Shown: positions 1 to 9,490, counted from the stretch's first letter. The stretch is DNA of 64,000 nucleotides from Leptospira sp. (GCA_034439575.1 JAWXAQ010000030.1:160001-224000); one strand, 5' to 3'. The notes: a model not told the origin generated them from the sequence alone. Numbers and translations: made by a program.

Positions 1-932
1 TTTACATTTTTGCAGACTAGTGAAACTTCACGTGACAATTTAATTGTATTTTTTCCAGGTTCTTTATATAAAGATAGAACTACCGCATCCATTCCGTTAT
101 ATTTTGCTAAGGAATTTCTTTCTTTATATCTTTCGTTTATTTCTGAAAAAGATTCTAATGAAATATAACCATTATTTTCAAAACCCTTTACAATCATTTT
201 TCCTATATCAAAAACGGAATCATATTCACCAATCATCCGGACAGGGAGTTCTTTATTTCCGAAAGGCAATTGACCTGCTGGATAATTTTTGTTATTCGAA
301 TTGATTAGAGATTCCAATTCCATCGGTTGAATTCGATAAGCATTCATGCGATCTGGATCAATCTCAACAAAAACTTCCTTTTCGTAACCACCATTGAGTT
401 CAACGAGAGCGATGCCTTCTATACGCTCAAAATACATTTTAATATATTCGTTCACCCATGATTTTAACTTCTTCGGATCATTCAGTCCTTTAGAATAATA
501 TATTATTTGAATAAATGGTGTTGCAGTAGGATCAAATTTTGATATCATTGGTTTGGATGCTTCACTAGGTAAAGCATCTCTAATTAAATCCAATTTTTCT
601 CTAACTTCTAATAAAGAAAACTTCATGTCAGTTTCACTTTTGAACCTCAAGTGAACCTTTGATTTGCCTTCCATAGAATTTGATTCCGTTTTCTCAACAC
701 CTTGTATAGTTCCTACTAACTGTTGTATAGGCCTAGAAATAATATTATCAATTTCTTCTGGCGAAGCATTTGGAAATGATGTGACGATTAATAACTGAGG
801 AAAATCTAAGTTTGGCAAAAGACTCAAAGGAATTTCAAAAATAGACAAAAATCCAAAAATAGATACTCCAAAAAAAAACATCAAACTTCCGATTCTGTTT
901 TTAAGAATCTTTTCTGTTATTTTTAAAATCAT
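1..932 (-). CDS. RND efflux permease (AcrB/AcrD/AcrF-like), N-terminal part; runs off the window edge
   Basis: Not in the ORF track. Read by hand from ATG at 932: MILKITEKILKNRIGSLMFFFGVSIFGFLSIFEIPLSLLPNLDFPQLLIVTSFPNASPEEIDNIISRPIQQLVGTIQGV..., a typical RND TM1/PN1 start. ATGA overlap with the stop of the adaptor gene. Confidence 0.92.
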   Translation of the reverse strand, partial: MILKITEKILKNRIGSLMFFFGVSIFGFLSIFEIPLSLLPNLDFPQLLIVTSFPNASPEEIDNIISRPIQQLVGTIQGVEKTESNSMEGKSKVHLRFKSETDMKFSLLEVREKLDLIRDALPSEASKPMISKFDPTATPFIQIIYYSKGLNDPKKLKSWVNEYIKMYFERIEGIALVELNGGYEKEVFVEIDPDRMNAYRIQPMELESLINSNNKNYPAGQLPFGNKELPVRMIGEYDSVFDIGKMIVKGFENNGYISLESFSEINERYKERNSLAKYNGMDAVVLSLYKEPGKNTIKLSREVSLVCKNV

Positions 933-2431
933 TTAAATTTAGGATACACAGAGACGCCATCAAACATTCGATTGATGGGACCAAGAATTAAAATGTCACC
1001 AGCAATCAAACCATCTTTGATAAATATCTGGTTTTCTCGTTTATCACCTAATTTCACTTTCTTTTTGTATGCTTTTTTATCTTTCAAGATAAAAATATCA
1101 GCTTCGGAATCTTGGACACTAACGAGAGTATCGATCGGGATGCTAATTGCTTTTTCTTCATCACCAAGTAAGATTTCAGCTCTAACAAACATTCCTGGTT
1201 TTAATTCGTCTGTTTTATTGTCTAATTCAACTTTAGCTTCAACGGTATGCGTTTTTTGATCTACAAGAGGACTAATATTTTTTACTTTTCCTGTGAATTT
1301 TTTATTAGGTAAAGAATCGACTCTAACATTCGCTATTTGTTTTTTTTTAAGTTTACTTAGGTCATTTTCATTTATAAAAAAAGTGGCAAAAGATCCTTTG
1401 TAGGAAATAACTGTCATTATTGGAGCAACACCACCACTTCCAGCATTTACAAGCTCACCTAAGGAACGACTAACCTTCGCTACAACCCCTTCTATTGGGG
1501 AATAAAGCAAACATTCCTTTATTAACATTTCTGTAGATTTTATATTTATCTCACTTGAATTCAAATTGGCAAGAGCGACATCCAACTCAGCTTTTTCCGT
1601 CTTTGTATTTATTGTTTTCAACAATTCTATTTTTTCTTTTTTATTTTCTGGAATCGAATAACCTGCACTTACTATATCTTCATCTTTGATACCAATTAGA
1701 ATCATTTCCAGATCCCTTTTTGCGTTATTCATTAATAATTCTTTAGATTTTAAGTCTAATCTCAGATTCAAAATTTCTTCTTCAGAAATTGCTTTTTGAT
1801 TCCATAGGATTTCTTTTTTTGCAAGGATTTCCGAAAATCTTTGGAGTTCAAGATTTGAGCGGTTATAAGTAGCGATTCGTTTGTCAGCTTCACCTAACTT
1901 CATTTCAATATTATTTTTGGCATTCTGATATTTCACCTTGGTAAGTTCATACATTGCCATCGAAGATTCTTTCGCCGCTTTTTGTTTTGCTAAATCTAAC
2001 TCAAAAGTTAAACTATCTAATTTTGCTAATAACTGTCCTTTTTTAATTCGATCTCCTTCTTTCAAATAAATCTTTTCGATTCTTCCGCTCACTTTGGAAT
2101 GTACTTCCACTTTTTCTAATGGCTCAAGAACGGCCGAGAAAGATAAACTAGGTGTAATGATTTCTTCTTCCACTTTCTGAATTTCAACACTGACTCCAAG
2201 TGTTGTTAATTCATCAGTCTCATCTTTTATTTTGTTGAAATTTGAATATTGATTTAAAATCGAAAGATTCTTTGAATAAAACATTCGATTAAACAATGGT
2301 AATTTGGTTCTTAGACTATCCCAAGTTAAATTACTATATAACATAGAGATCAATAAATATATAACTGAGCTAATTACAACTTTTGAAAAAAAAGGAATTT
2401 TTCTCAAAAAATCAAATTTTTCTTTCAACAT
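929..2431 (-). CDS. RND periplasmic adaptor (membrane fusion protein) with unusually long alpha-helical hairpin
   Basis: N-terminal TM; lipoyl halves VHSKVSGRIEKIYLKEGDRIKKGQLLAKLD and LYSPIEGVV; C-terminal LKPGMFVRAEI; adjacent to the RND permease. Confidence 0.93.
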   Translation of the reverse strand: MLKEKFDFLRKIPFFSKVVISSVIYLLISMLYSNLTWDSLRTKLPLFNRMFYSKNLSILNQYSNFNKIKDETDELTTLGVSVEIQKVEEEIITPSLSFSAVLEPLEKVEVHSKVSGRIEKIYLKEGDRIKKGQLLAKLDSLTFELDLAKQKAAKESSMAMYELTKVKYQNAKNNIEMKLGEADKRIATYNRSNLELQRFSEILAKKEILWNQKAISEEEILNLRLDLKSKELLMNNAKRDLEMILIGIKDEDIVSAGYSIPENKKEKIELLKTINTKTEKAELDVALANLNSSEINIKSTEMLIKECLLYSPIEGVVAKVSRSLGELVNAGSGGVAPIMTVISYKGSFATFFINENDLSKLKKKQIANVRVDSLPNKKFTGKVKNISPLVDQKTHTVEAKVELDNKTDELKPGMFVRAEILLGDEEKAISIPIDTLVSVQDSEADIFILKDKKAYKKKVKLGDKRENQIFIKDGLIAGDILILGPINRMFDGVSVYPKFK

Positions 2432-3111
2432 ATTAAATACCAGTCAGGATTCCAAATACAAGATATACAAAAGATAAATAAGGAACGAGCCATGTGATTG
2501 CGGCTCTTTTTTTTGGTTTGTCCAAAATACTGTTTCGCTCCGAAAACAAATACTTTTGTTGATAGAAAAACAGAGACGATGAAGGCAATGATCCATACGG
2601 AAACAAGAATACTAAATAATACAACACTAACTCTATCATTGAATGGAAATATAGTATTCGCGAGATAAATCATAAGTAAACACATGATGATGCTACTCGT
2701 TGCATGAAGGCATAAACCTAAATGAGCTTTAAAATTTTGTCTTTCTTCCTCTAGCATAATAGCTGTAAGGTAACTAAAAGTAGATACGTATACAATCATA
2801 ATGATAAATGATGCTAAAACATACAAAACATTCCAAGGATAGGAATTTAAAAAAAGACTAAATTCGCTATAATTTTTTTCTTGGAAATTCAGCCTGAGAC
2901 CATCATTTAAATTTGAAAAATATGAATATCCACATAAAAATATGAATAAATACATCATCAGATAGAGCACAAAAGCGTACGAAAACATTTTTAAACCGAA
3001 ACCTAAAATTTCCTTGGGTGAATTTTTTGGAATATAATCTAACGAATTCTTTTTATTAAAGAGTAATCCTATCATTTTTTTGTGAAATGCAAAATTTATC
3101 AGATTTTTCAT
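2425..3111 (-). CDS. Multi-pass membrane protein (Yip1-like topology); 3' end probably frameshifted at an A8 tract
   Basis: Four hydrophobic helices in frame. A better fifth helix (RAAITWLVPYLSFVYLVFGILTGI*) lies in another frame after the T8 run at 2507-2514. Confidence 0.6.
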   Translation of the reverse strand: MKNLINFAFHKKMIGLLFNKKNSLDYIPKNSPKEILGFGLKMFSYAFVLYLMMYLFIFLCGYSYFSNLNDGLRLNFQEKNYSEFSLFLNSYPWNVLYVLASFIIMIVYVSTFSYLTAIMLEEERQNFKAHLGLCLHATSSIIMCLLMIYLANTIFPFNDRVSVVLFSILVSVWIIAFIVSVFLSTKVFVFGAKQYFGQTKKKSRNHMARSLFIFCISCIWNPDWYLIC

Positions 3112-3136
3112 ATATTTACCTTTAGATGATTTAATT

Positions 3137-3745
3137 TTATTTCATATATTCTAATTTACGTATATGATAAGAGGCGCGTTCCTTGATTCCCGCTTTTTCG
3201 TAAATATCTCTTAATTCTTTATGAGCTACCATAATTTTATCACTCTGATTTATAACGCGTTCAAAATACATGATAGTTTGAGAAACCTTTCCTGATTCAG
3301 CATTCAACTTTGCTGCCATGATCAAAAGGTCCAAATTCTCTGGATTGGTTCTTAATAAATCTTCAACTTCTTGTAAAATTTTAATTCTTTCTTTGCGAAT
3401 CACATATTCAGCCTTTAACTTAAGTAAATTTGCTTGAAAGCTGGAATTTGGATCTTCATACAGTTCTTCCAAAATCAATAATACCTTTTCGAAATTTCCT
3501 TGGTAGTATTCAATTTTCGCTAAATATAGAGGTATATCTGCATATTCTGAATTATTATTTTTTAATTTATTAAAATACTTTTTTGCATTTTCTAAATTTC
3601 CCTTAGCATATTCTATTTTTGCTTGGGTATATTCATTTTCACTTTTTCCCTTATTCTTTGCACAATGGCCAGAGGAGAAAATGATGAATAAGATAAGAAT
3701 AATTCTCAAAATTCGATTTGCTTTTCGCTTCATATCATCTAACAT
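3137..3745 (-). CDS. Tetratricopeptide-repeat protein, probable lipoprotein
   Basis: Basic N-region, hydrophobic stretch and Cys (FSSGHC); TPR-like helices (AKIEYAKGNLENAKKYF, LAKIEYYQGNFEKVL). Confidence 0.8.
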   Translation of the reverse strand: MLDDMKRKANRILRIILILFIIFSSGHCAKNKGKSENEYTQAKIEYAKGNLENAKKYFNKLKNNNSEYADIPLYLAKIEYYQGNFEKVLLILEELYEDPNSSFQANLLKLKAEYVIRKERIKILQEVEDLLRTNPENLDLLIMAAKLNAESGKVSQTIMYFERVINQSDKIMVAHKELRDIYEKAGIKERASYHIRKLEYMK

Positions 3746-4331
3746 TTTTTTTAAATTCGGATGCCAATGCTAATACAACTTTTCTAAGAGGATCTGAATG
3801 ACCAATAATCTGTTCATCAAAAGAAGAATTGATCATAAGAACGAGTTGGCCCATTTCATCAAAGACGTTTAAAAATATGAAATTTGAATCTTTGTTTTCT
3901 AATATTCTATCATTCGAATGTATAGATACTACACCTTGGATAAACAAATCTCTACCTTCGGAATTTAAGATATTTTTTATTTGCAAGGAATCTAAAAGTT
4001 TATCTTGAGAATTTAATGTTCCTAAACTTTCACCTACACTTTTTCTAAGACCAATGGGAAGATCCGACAAATTCATTTTTGATTTATCATTTAATAAATT
4101 TTGTTCACTAATATTCGAAGTATCATACCCTGAACTCATAAGCTCAAACATTAAAAGTTCTCTTAAATCCTTTGCGATGGATTTAGGTGTTTTATAATCT
4201 CTGTTAATGATGGAACCAAAGGTAATTTTTTTAATATTTTCTTTAGACAAAAGACTGCTTTTTACATTGTATTGATTTACTTTGCAAGTGACAAAAAAAG
4301 CAAACACCAATAAAGATAAACATACTCTCAT
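3735..4331 (-). CDS. Lipoprotein, possibly CsgG/LpoB/PelC-like alpha/beta fold
   Basis: Lipobox FFVTC; pattern IKKITFGSIIN...LRELLMFELMSSGY...DLFIQGVV resembles that fold (inference). Confidence 0.6.
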   Translation of the reverse strand: MRVCLSLLVFAFFVTCKVNQYNVKSSLLSKENIKKITFGSIINRDYKTPKSIAKDLRELLMFELMSSGYDTSNISEQNLLNDKSKMNLSDLPIGLRKSVGESLGTLNSQDKLLDSLQIKNILNSEGRDLFIQGVVSIHSNDRILENKDSNFIFLNVFDEMGQLVLMINSSFDEQIIGHSDPLRKVVLALASEFKKNVR

Positions 4332-6098
4332 TTATTTAGCCTCCATACTAAAATTAAAATGATTTGAAATCGATCTTTGATTCACATCTTTCGCAGAACT
4401 ATCAACAGTTATCAAATAATATGGATAACCATTAGGAGCATTATTAGATCTTAATAAATTAAAATCCCCTAAGGTATTTGCATCTCCAAAGGAGGAAGAA
4501 CCCTTACATGATGCCTCTAATTCTGCAAAAATAAGATCAATCACTCGACAACCGAAGGGATACACAGTCTGACAATCATTCCACGACCAACTTGCTAGTT
4601 GAATCACCGTGCTCGGTGGGGAGAGCCTTCTTAAACGTATTGCATTGACTACACTATTCAAATCCATATAATTGCTAAAAATTATTCTAAAATTATCTGT
4701 ATTTACATCCGCACAATCCGTGTTTGTTGCAATTGTTCCTCCACCAGTATCTCCCGAACGAAATCGATATGAAGCTGGAGACAAAACAGACAAACTACTA
4801 TCCCAAAAACAATTAGGCGATAACCAATCCCCGCCTGTATTACTTCCTGTTCCTGGAAAGTTGTTCGAACATCCTTGCGATTGGACACCTATTGCTTGTA
4901 TTGTAGGTGCTTCACTTATCGCACCACCAGCAATGAAACTATATGTCATTACAGAGCCCATAGGAATACCTTCAATCGAACTCGCAGATCCCCCAACTGT
5001 AACCACATAACGCTGCCCATATGATAATTTAGTATCAGGCGTAAATGTGTAAACTTTTCCATCCTCTGTCCAAATTCCATTTCCAATTATTGATGGAGAG
5101 ATAGAAATTTGACTTTGTGTTTGTGTCTGATTCATTTTCTTTGAAAAGGTAAAAATCATTGGATTAACGCTGGAGTTTCCTAAACATACATTCTCAATAG
5201 AAGTATTGATTATATTCTCTGAAATTCCATTGCCCTCTAAACATTCAGACAATGTGCCACGCGCTAAATGAATCGATTCTAAACTCGGCACTAAATTCCC
5301 AGTTCCCACAAGGAAACTACCCGAAGTGGGATTTTGAAATTTTACTCCCAAAACATCGGTCACATTGGATGAAATAGTAAAATTAATACGACTGTTATGT
5401 GCGAAAGCAGAATCTGGTTGAACTATTAAATTTGTTTCATTTTCCCAAGAATAAGTGGCAGAAAAATTTGGCGAAAAAACAAGACCACCACTGACTGATG
5501 TTTTATCCATAGGTCGTGAAAAATGAAAATTTAATTTGTTTGAATTTGGTGTCCCCATACAAACATTAATTAAATTTTCTCTTAAGATATTTTTTCTTTC
5601 AAAAGTATGATGATTACAATCTGATATACTTCCAGTTCCGACTGTGACAGTCAAAATTTCAGGAAAACTACCAGCCACATTGGTGTCTCCGATAGTAAAC
5701 GAAGCGGAGTAAAGTTCTTTTAAATCTCTCCCTTCTTTTGATTCACAATTCTTTGTTAGTGTATACGTATAGGTTCCATAATTCCATTGTGTACTTGGCG
5801 TAAAATCTAAACTATATTCATTTAAATCGTAAAAACCTTGGGTCGCAGGACTTATAGAAAAACTTTGGACACAACTATTTATATTCATAGGTCGATCAAA
5901 TAAAATTGTAATTTTCTGATTTCGTTTGAGACCTTTGTCACCCATACTTGGTATGGCTGAGGTGATTTTTGGCGCATCATCATCGCCCAAAAATGTTAAA
6001 AATTTCTCAGCATCTAGCTTATCATTTTTGCAATTGGTTAAAAAAAAATGGCAGATAATCAATAAAGAAAAAATATATATATTTAAAATTCGATGCAT
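4332..6098 (-). CDS. Lipoprotein with three bacterial Ig-like (Big_5-type) repeats and a Cys-rich C-terminal domain
   Basis: Start placed at ATG 6098 (GGAG upstream; track ORF starts at 6203). Lipobox FLTNC; repeated ILFDRPMN / FHFSRPMD / FTFSKKMN motifs with FTP..L..G..Y; many paired Cys. Confidence 0.82.
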   Translation of the reverse strand: MHRILNIYIFSLLIICHFFLTNCKNDKLDAEKFLTFLGDDDAPKITSAIPSMGDKGLKRNQKITILFDRPMNINSCVQSFSISPATQGFYDLNEYSLDFTPSTQWNYGTYTYTLTKNCESKEGRDLKELYSASFTIGDTNVAGSFPEILTVTVGTGSISDCNHHTFERKNILRENLINVCMGTPNSNKLNFHFSRPMDKTSVSGGLVFSPNFSATYSWENETNLIVQPDSAFAHNSRINFTISSNVTDVLGVKFQNPTSGSFLVGTGNLVPSLESIHLARGTLSECLEGNGISENIINTSIENVCLGNSSVNPMIFTFSKKMNQTQTQSQISISPSIIGNGIWTEDGKVYTFTPDTKLSYGQRYVVTVGGSASSIEGIPMGSVMTYSFIAGGAISEAPTIQAIGVQSQGCSNNFPGTGSNTGGDWLSPNCFWDSSLSVLSPASYRFRSGDTGGGTIATNTDCADVNTDNFRIIFSNYMDLNSVVNAIRLRRLSPPSTVIQLASWSWNDCQTVYPFGCRVIDLIFAELEASCKGSSSFGDANTLGDFNLLRSNNAPNGYPYYLITVDSSAKDVNQRSISNHFNFSMEAK

Positions 6099-6099
6099 T

Positions 6100-7824
6100 T
6101 CAATTCTCCAAATAAAATTCATATTCATTTTTTTTCTGATGACTCTTTGTTGTTTCATTTCCTTTTTGAAATGAATCATCTTGCGCTTTCGAAGATTTTT
6201 CAAATTGGTCTAAATAATAAGATAAAATAGAATTCCCATATCCTCGTTTAATTTCATATATGCGAAGTTCTTCCATGGGAATTCCCATCGCATAACTGCA
6301 ATCAAAACCTGATTCCATATAATTCAAAAGAGAACCAGCGTAATCTTCAATTACTTTCATTAATTCATGTTCAGACGTTATCAATTCAGATTCTTTGCTA
6401 AATCCATTTTTATACTTTAACTGAATTGTTTTCCAAGTTTCTAATGCGAATAGAAATTTTGAGTTTGATAATGAAAGAAGATGCCAAGCATCTTTAAGCC
6501 TCTCTTTTGATTTAAAAATCTCTGCTTTTATATTAACTTCTAACAGTTGCTTGCTTCTGATAGCATCCGATAATGCAATTTTTCCTTCATATATTTTTCT
6601 TGAGTAAGACAAATCATCAAATAAATTTAATGTATTACTATTAAAGGCATTTTCCCCCCTTCCGACAAATTGAGGTCCGAAACCTGGAATTCTTTGAATA
6701 CCCGTTCCGTCCGTCTGCACTCCAAAATTTGTATTTGTTTGGTTGGTACTGGAACCTAGTTGAGTTTGTATCGTAAAGTTAAATCCATAAACTTCATTTT
6801 TAACTGGTAACGTTCCATTTACATTTTCACCATAGTATCCACCTACTGATAGTTTTGGTTTCCAATAATTATCTGAAATCTCCTTTCTAGTTTTTAAATT
6901 TTGAACTGCAATATTTGATTTTTTGAATTCTGGCTTCTGGGTAAAGTCAATGTCCTCTTCATTATTTATACTTTCTGGTGAATAAAAAATATAATCTCGC
7001 AATAAAGAATCCTTTAATTGTATTTTTATTTCTAATGGTAAATTGAGTTGTTTTTTTAATTCTAATTCTGCTTGCTTTTTTGTCGATTGAGCTTTGAAAA
7101 ACAATAATTCAATCTCTTTGAGTTTATTAGATATTTCTAATAGTTGGATTTCAGTGAGGAAGCCTTGTTCCCTTTCTCTTTTACTATCAATAAATTGTTT
7201 ATATGAACGCTCGTATGAAATTTCTGCCGATAAAATCTTCAAATCCGATAATAGCAAAGAACAAAATGCCTTTCTTATTTCCAATGTCAATTTGTCTTTA
7301 ACGATTTTCCAATCTTCTTGGTTTAGAAGTTCCTGTAACTTAGCCGATTCTATTTCTAGAGAATTTTCTCCACCATCATATAACAATTGATTTAACTGAA
7401 TTCGAATATCATTATATTGACTGTCTGGTTGGTTGACATTTGCATTCTTCAGTCCGAAATAACTGAGGCCAATTCGTGGCAAATAATTGCGCCATTTTTC
7501 TGTGGCTATCATCTTGAAAACTTCACGGCGATCTTTTAAGCTAGCAAGGATTACACTATTTACAATGCCTATTCCTTCTGCTTCCGCCATATCAATAATT
7601 AAGAAATCACTTTTTATCTTTTCAACGGCATTTAAATTAGAAACAAAACCCAAGATTCCAAAAATCATAACTAAACTACCTTTCTTAAACCTAACAAAGT
7701 TCAAATTGATCTTTAATATTGGGGTCTGATAAATATCCATATCCTTGCCGAATAAGGTTTTATTAGTCAGAAATGTGCCGAAAAAAATTAGCCGCGAGCA
7801 AAATGTTTGCATAAAAGTTCGCAC
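6100..7824 (-). CDS. TolC-family outer membrane channel
   Basis: Two OEP repeats (NYLPRIGLSY...LNQLLYDGG; NYWKPKLSVGG) with long helices; same operon as adaptor and RND. True start probably downstream of 7824. Confidence 0.85.
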   Translation of the reverse strand: MRTFMQTFCSRLIFFGTFLTNKTLFGKDMDIYQTPILKINLNFVRFKKGSLVMIFGILGFVSNLNAVEKIKSDFLIIDMAEAEGIGIVNSVILASLKDRREVFKMIATEKWRNYLPRIGLSYFGLKNANVNQPDSQYNDIRIQLNQLLYDGGENSLEIESAKLQELLNQEDWKIVKDKLTLEIRKAFCSLLLSDLKILSAEISYERSYKQFIDSKREREQGFLTEIQLLEISNKLKEIELLFFKAQSTKKQAELELKKQLNLPLEIKIQLKDSLLRDYIFYSPESINNEEDIDFTQKPEFKKSNIAVQNLKTRKEISDNYWKPKLSVGGYYGENVNGTLPVKNEVYGFNFTIQTQLGSSTNQTNTNFGVQTDGTGIQRIPGFGPQFVGRGENAFNSNTLNLFDDLSYSRKIYEGKIALSDAIRSKQLLEVNIKAEIFKSKERLKDAWHLLSLSNSKFLFALETWKTIQLKYKNGFSKESELITSEHELMKVIEDYAGSLLNYMESGFDCSYAMGIPMEELRIYEIKRGYGNSILSYYLDQFEKSSKAQDDSFQKGNETTKSHQKKNEYEFYLEN

Positions 7825-7867
7825 TTTTTTCGCTTGTAACTGCTTACGAAAGTGTTAATACTTCCTT

Positions 7868-8575
7868 ATGAAGCAGGCACTCTACCTTTTTATGATTTGT
7901 TTTAGTCTCATTCCAATTTTTGGTGATGAAGTGGAAGTTGTGACATTTGTGCAAGGCAAAGCTAACCTCATTGGCAAAAAGACAAACACCGCCATCAAGA
8001 TTAACCAAGTTCTTAAAAAAGGTGATACCATAAAAACAGAGGATGGAGCTTGCGAAATCCAATTGGCCACACTCGCCACTGTACGCATGGAAAAATTTTC
8101 TTCCCTTTCCTTAGACGATATCTTAAATCCAAAATCAAAACAAACTAATGTTCGCTTGTTGTCTGGCAAATTATTTATCAAAGCTCATAAACATAACAAT
8201 GGTGGATCTCAAAAACTAATCGTATCTGCACCAAGTTATGTGGCGGGCGTTCGTGGAACTGAATTTATCGTTGCCAGTCCCGACGAAGGTGGAGTAAATA
8301 CTGAGCTAACATTGCCAGACGGAGTCTATGTCAATGAAGGAACTGTAGCTGTTATCGCTGAAGATAAAAAAGAAGTCGTTGTCAATGCGAATGAAGAAGT
8401 GGTTCTAAATGGCAAGGAACTCAAAAAACAAATTCTTGAACAATACGTAAAAGAAAAAATGCAAATATTTGAAAAATTAACGCAAATGAAAGAAGAAAAC
8501 TACAATCTGATAAAAGATCAATTTCAAAAGAACCAGCAACTATTGGATGATATGCGAGGCAAAAAAGATTTATGA
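7868..8575 (+). CDS. Exported FecR-domain protein (LipL45-like)
   Basis: Signal peptide; LKKGDTIKTEDGACEIQL, VAGVRGTEF and VYVNEGTVAV motifs; C-terminal coiled helix. Confidence 0.85.
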   Translation: MKQALYLFMICFSLIPIFGDEVEVVTFVQGKANLIGKKTNTAIKINQVLKKGDTIKTEDGACEIQLATLATVRMEKFSSLSLDDILNPKSKQTNVRLLSGKLFIKAHKHNNGGSQKLIVSAPSYVAGVRGTEFIVASPDEGGVNTELTLPDGVYVNEGTVAVIAEDKKEVVVNANEEVVLNGKELKKQILEQYVKEKMQIFEKLTQMKEENYNLIKDQFQKNQQLLDDMRGKKDL

Positions 8576-9480
8576 AACGCCTAATTCTAGTTTTAAGTTT
8601 AATATCAGTTTGTATTTTTGCAAAAGGCGAAAATGACATTCGACCTGTTCATACCTATGCATTTTTGGCTTTAGAAGAAAATACTGAGTCCATAGAATTA
8701 CTACAATTTCTTAGAAATCAAATTTTTAGTTCAAAACGTGGTGAAATTGTCCATCAAACAAATCTTAGTATTGATTCTAATTTATTAAAAATGACGGATA
8801 CTGGTGTGTATGATATCAGTTTATTAAATAAAGAAACTCAAGTCTTAGGCGCTGAAAAATTAATTTTAATAAAGTCATCAAACACAATTACACAAATACA
8901 ATTGTTAGATTTAGAAACTGGTAAATTAGAATATAAAAATTCACTTCCTGAATCGATCCAAAAAACATTAATACAAGATTTTTATTCCTTCCTAGATAGA
9001 AAAAATATTTACCTTGCCATATCCGAAAAAAAATCTTCACCCTCTTCTCCTGTTAAATTTTCCTCTCTAAAATCAAAATATGTTGTTGGGGAATCCATTC
9101 GTTTTGAATTAGAAGCAAATGAAGATAACTTCATCTACGTTTTGTTAGTTCCTGAGAACAAAGGCGAAGAGCCTGTCCTTCTTTTCCCAAATCCAAATCA
9201 AACTGCAAATTATTTAAAAAAAGGGGAAAAGATTACGATTCCAGAAGGCTTAAATTCGCTTAGAACAGTTTCACCTTACGGTCGTGATAAGATTAAAGCC
9301 TTTGCATCTAAGGATGCATGGGATGAATTTCAATACAAAAATCGAAAAGGTGAATCCTTTTTCAAATTATTGCCACCAGCTCTCACTGGATCAAAATCCA
9401 TTGTCGTTACTGATCTTACTTCAAAATTAATTTCGAATACAAATGTAGCAGAATGGGAGATTCAAATTTCACCGAATTAA
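8572..9480 (+). CDS. Exported DUF4384-domain protein with an N-terminal CsgG/TolB-N-like region
   Basis: Signal peptide; YVVGESIRFELEANEDNFIYVL...LLFPN...ITIP...PYGRDKIKAFAS is the DUF4384 pattern; ATGA-coupled to the FecR gene. Confidence 0.8.
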   Translation: MKRLILVLSLISVCIFAKGENDIRPVHTYAFLALEENTESIELLQFLRNQIFSSKRGEIVHQTNLSIDSNLLKMTDTGVYDISLLNKETQVLGAEKLILIKSSNTITQIQLLDLETGKLEYKNSLPESIQKTLIQDFYSFLDRKNIYLAISEKKSSPSSPVKFSSLKSKYVVGESIRFELEANEDNFIYVLLVPENKGEEPVLLFPNPNQTANYLKKGEKITIPEGLNSLRTVSPYGRDKIKAFASKDAWDEFQYKNRKGESFFKLLPPALTGSKSIVVTDLTSKLISNTNVAEWEIQISPN

Positions 9481-9490
9481 ATTCATAAAA

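Noticed and set aside
44-304. 86-aa plus-strand ORF
   Set aside because: Antisense shadow of the RND permease that occupies 1-932 on the minus strand.
6099-6203. 35-aa N-terminal extension of the Ig-like lipoprotein in the ORF track
   Set aside because: Overlaps tolC; ATG 6098 has an SD and yields a normal lipoprotein signal.
7746-7782. Two TGCCGAA copies as a possible sigma28 or sigma54 promoter
   Set aside because: Spacing to TAAA and the -12 GC do not fit either consensus.
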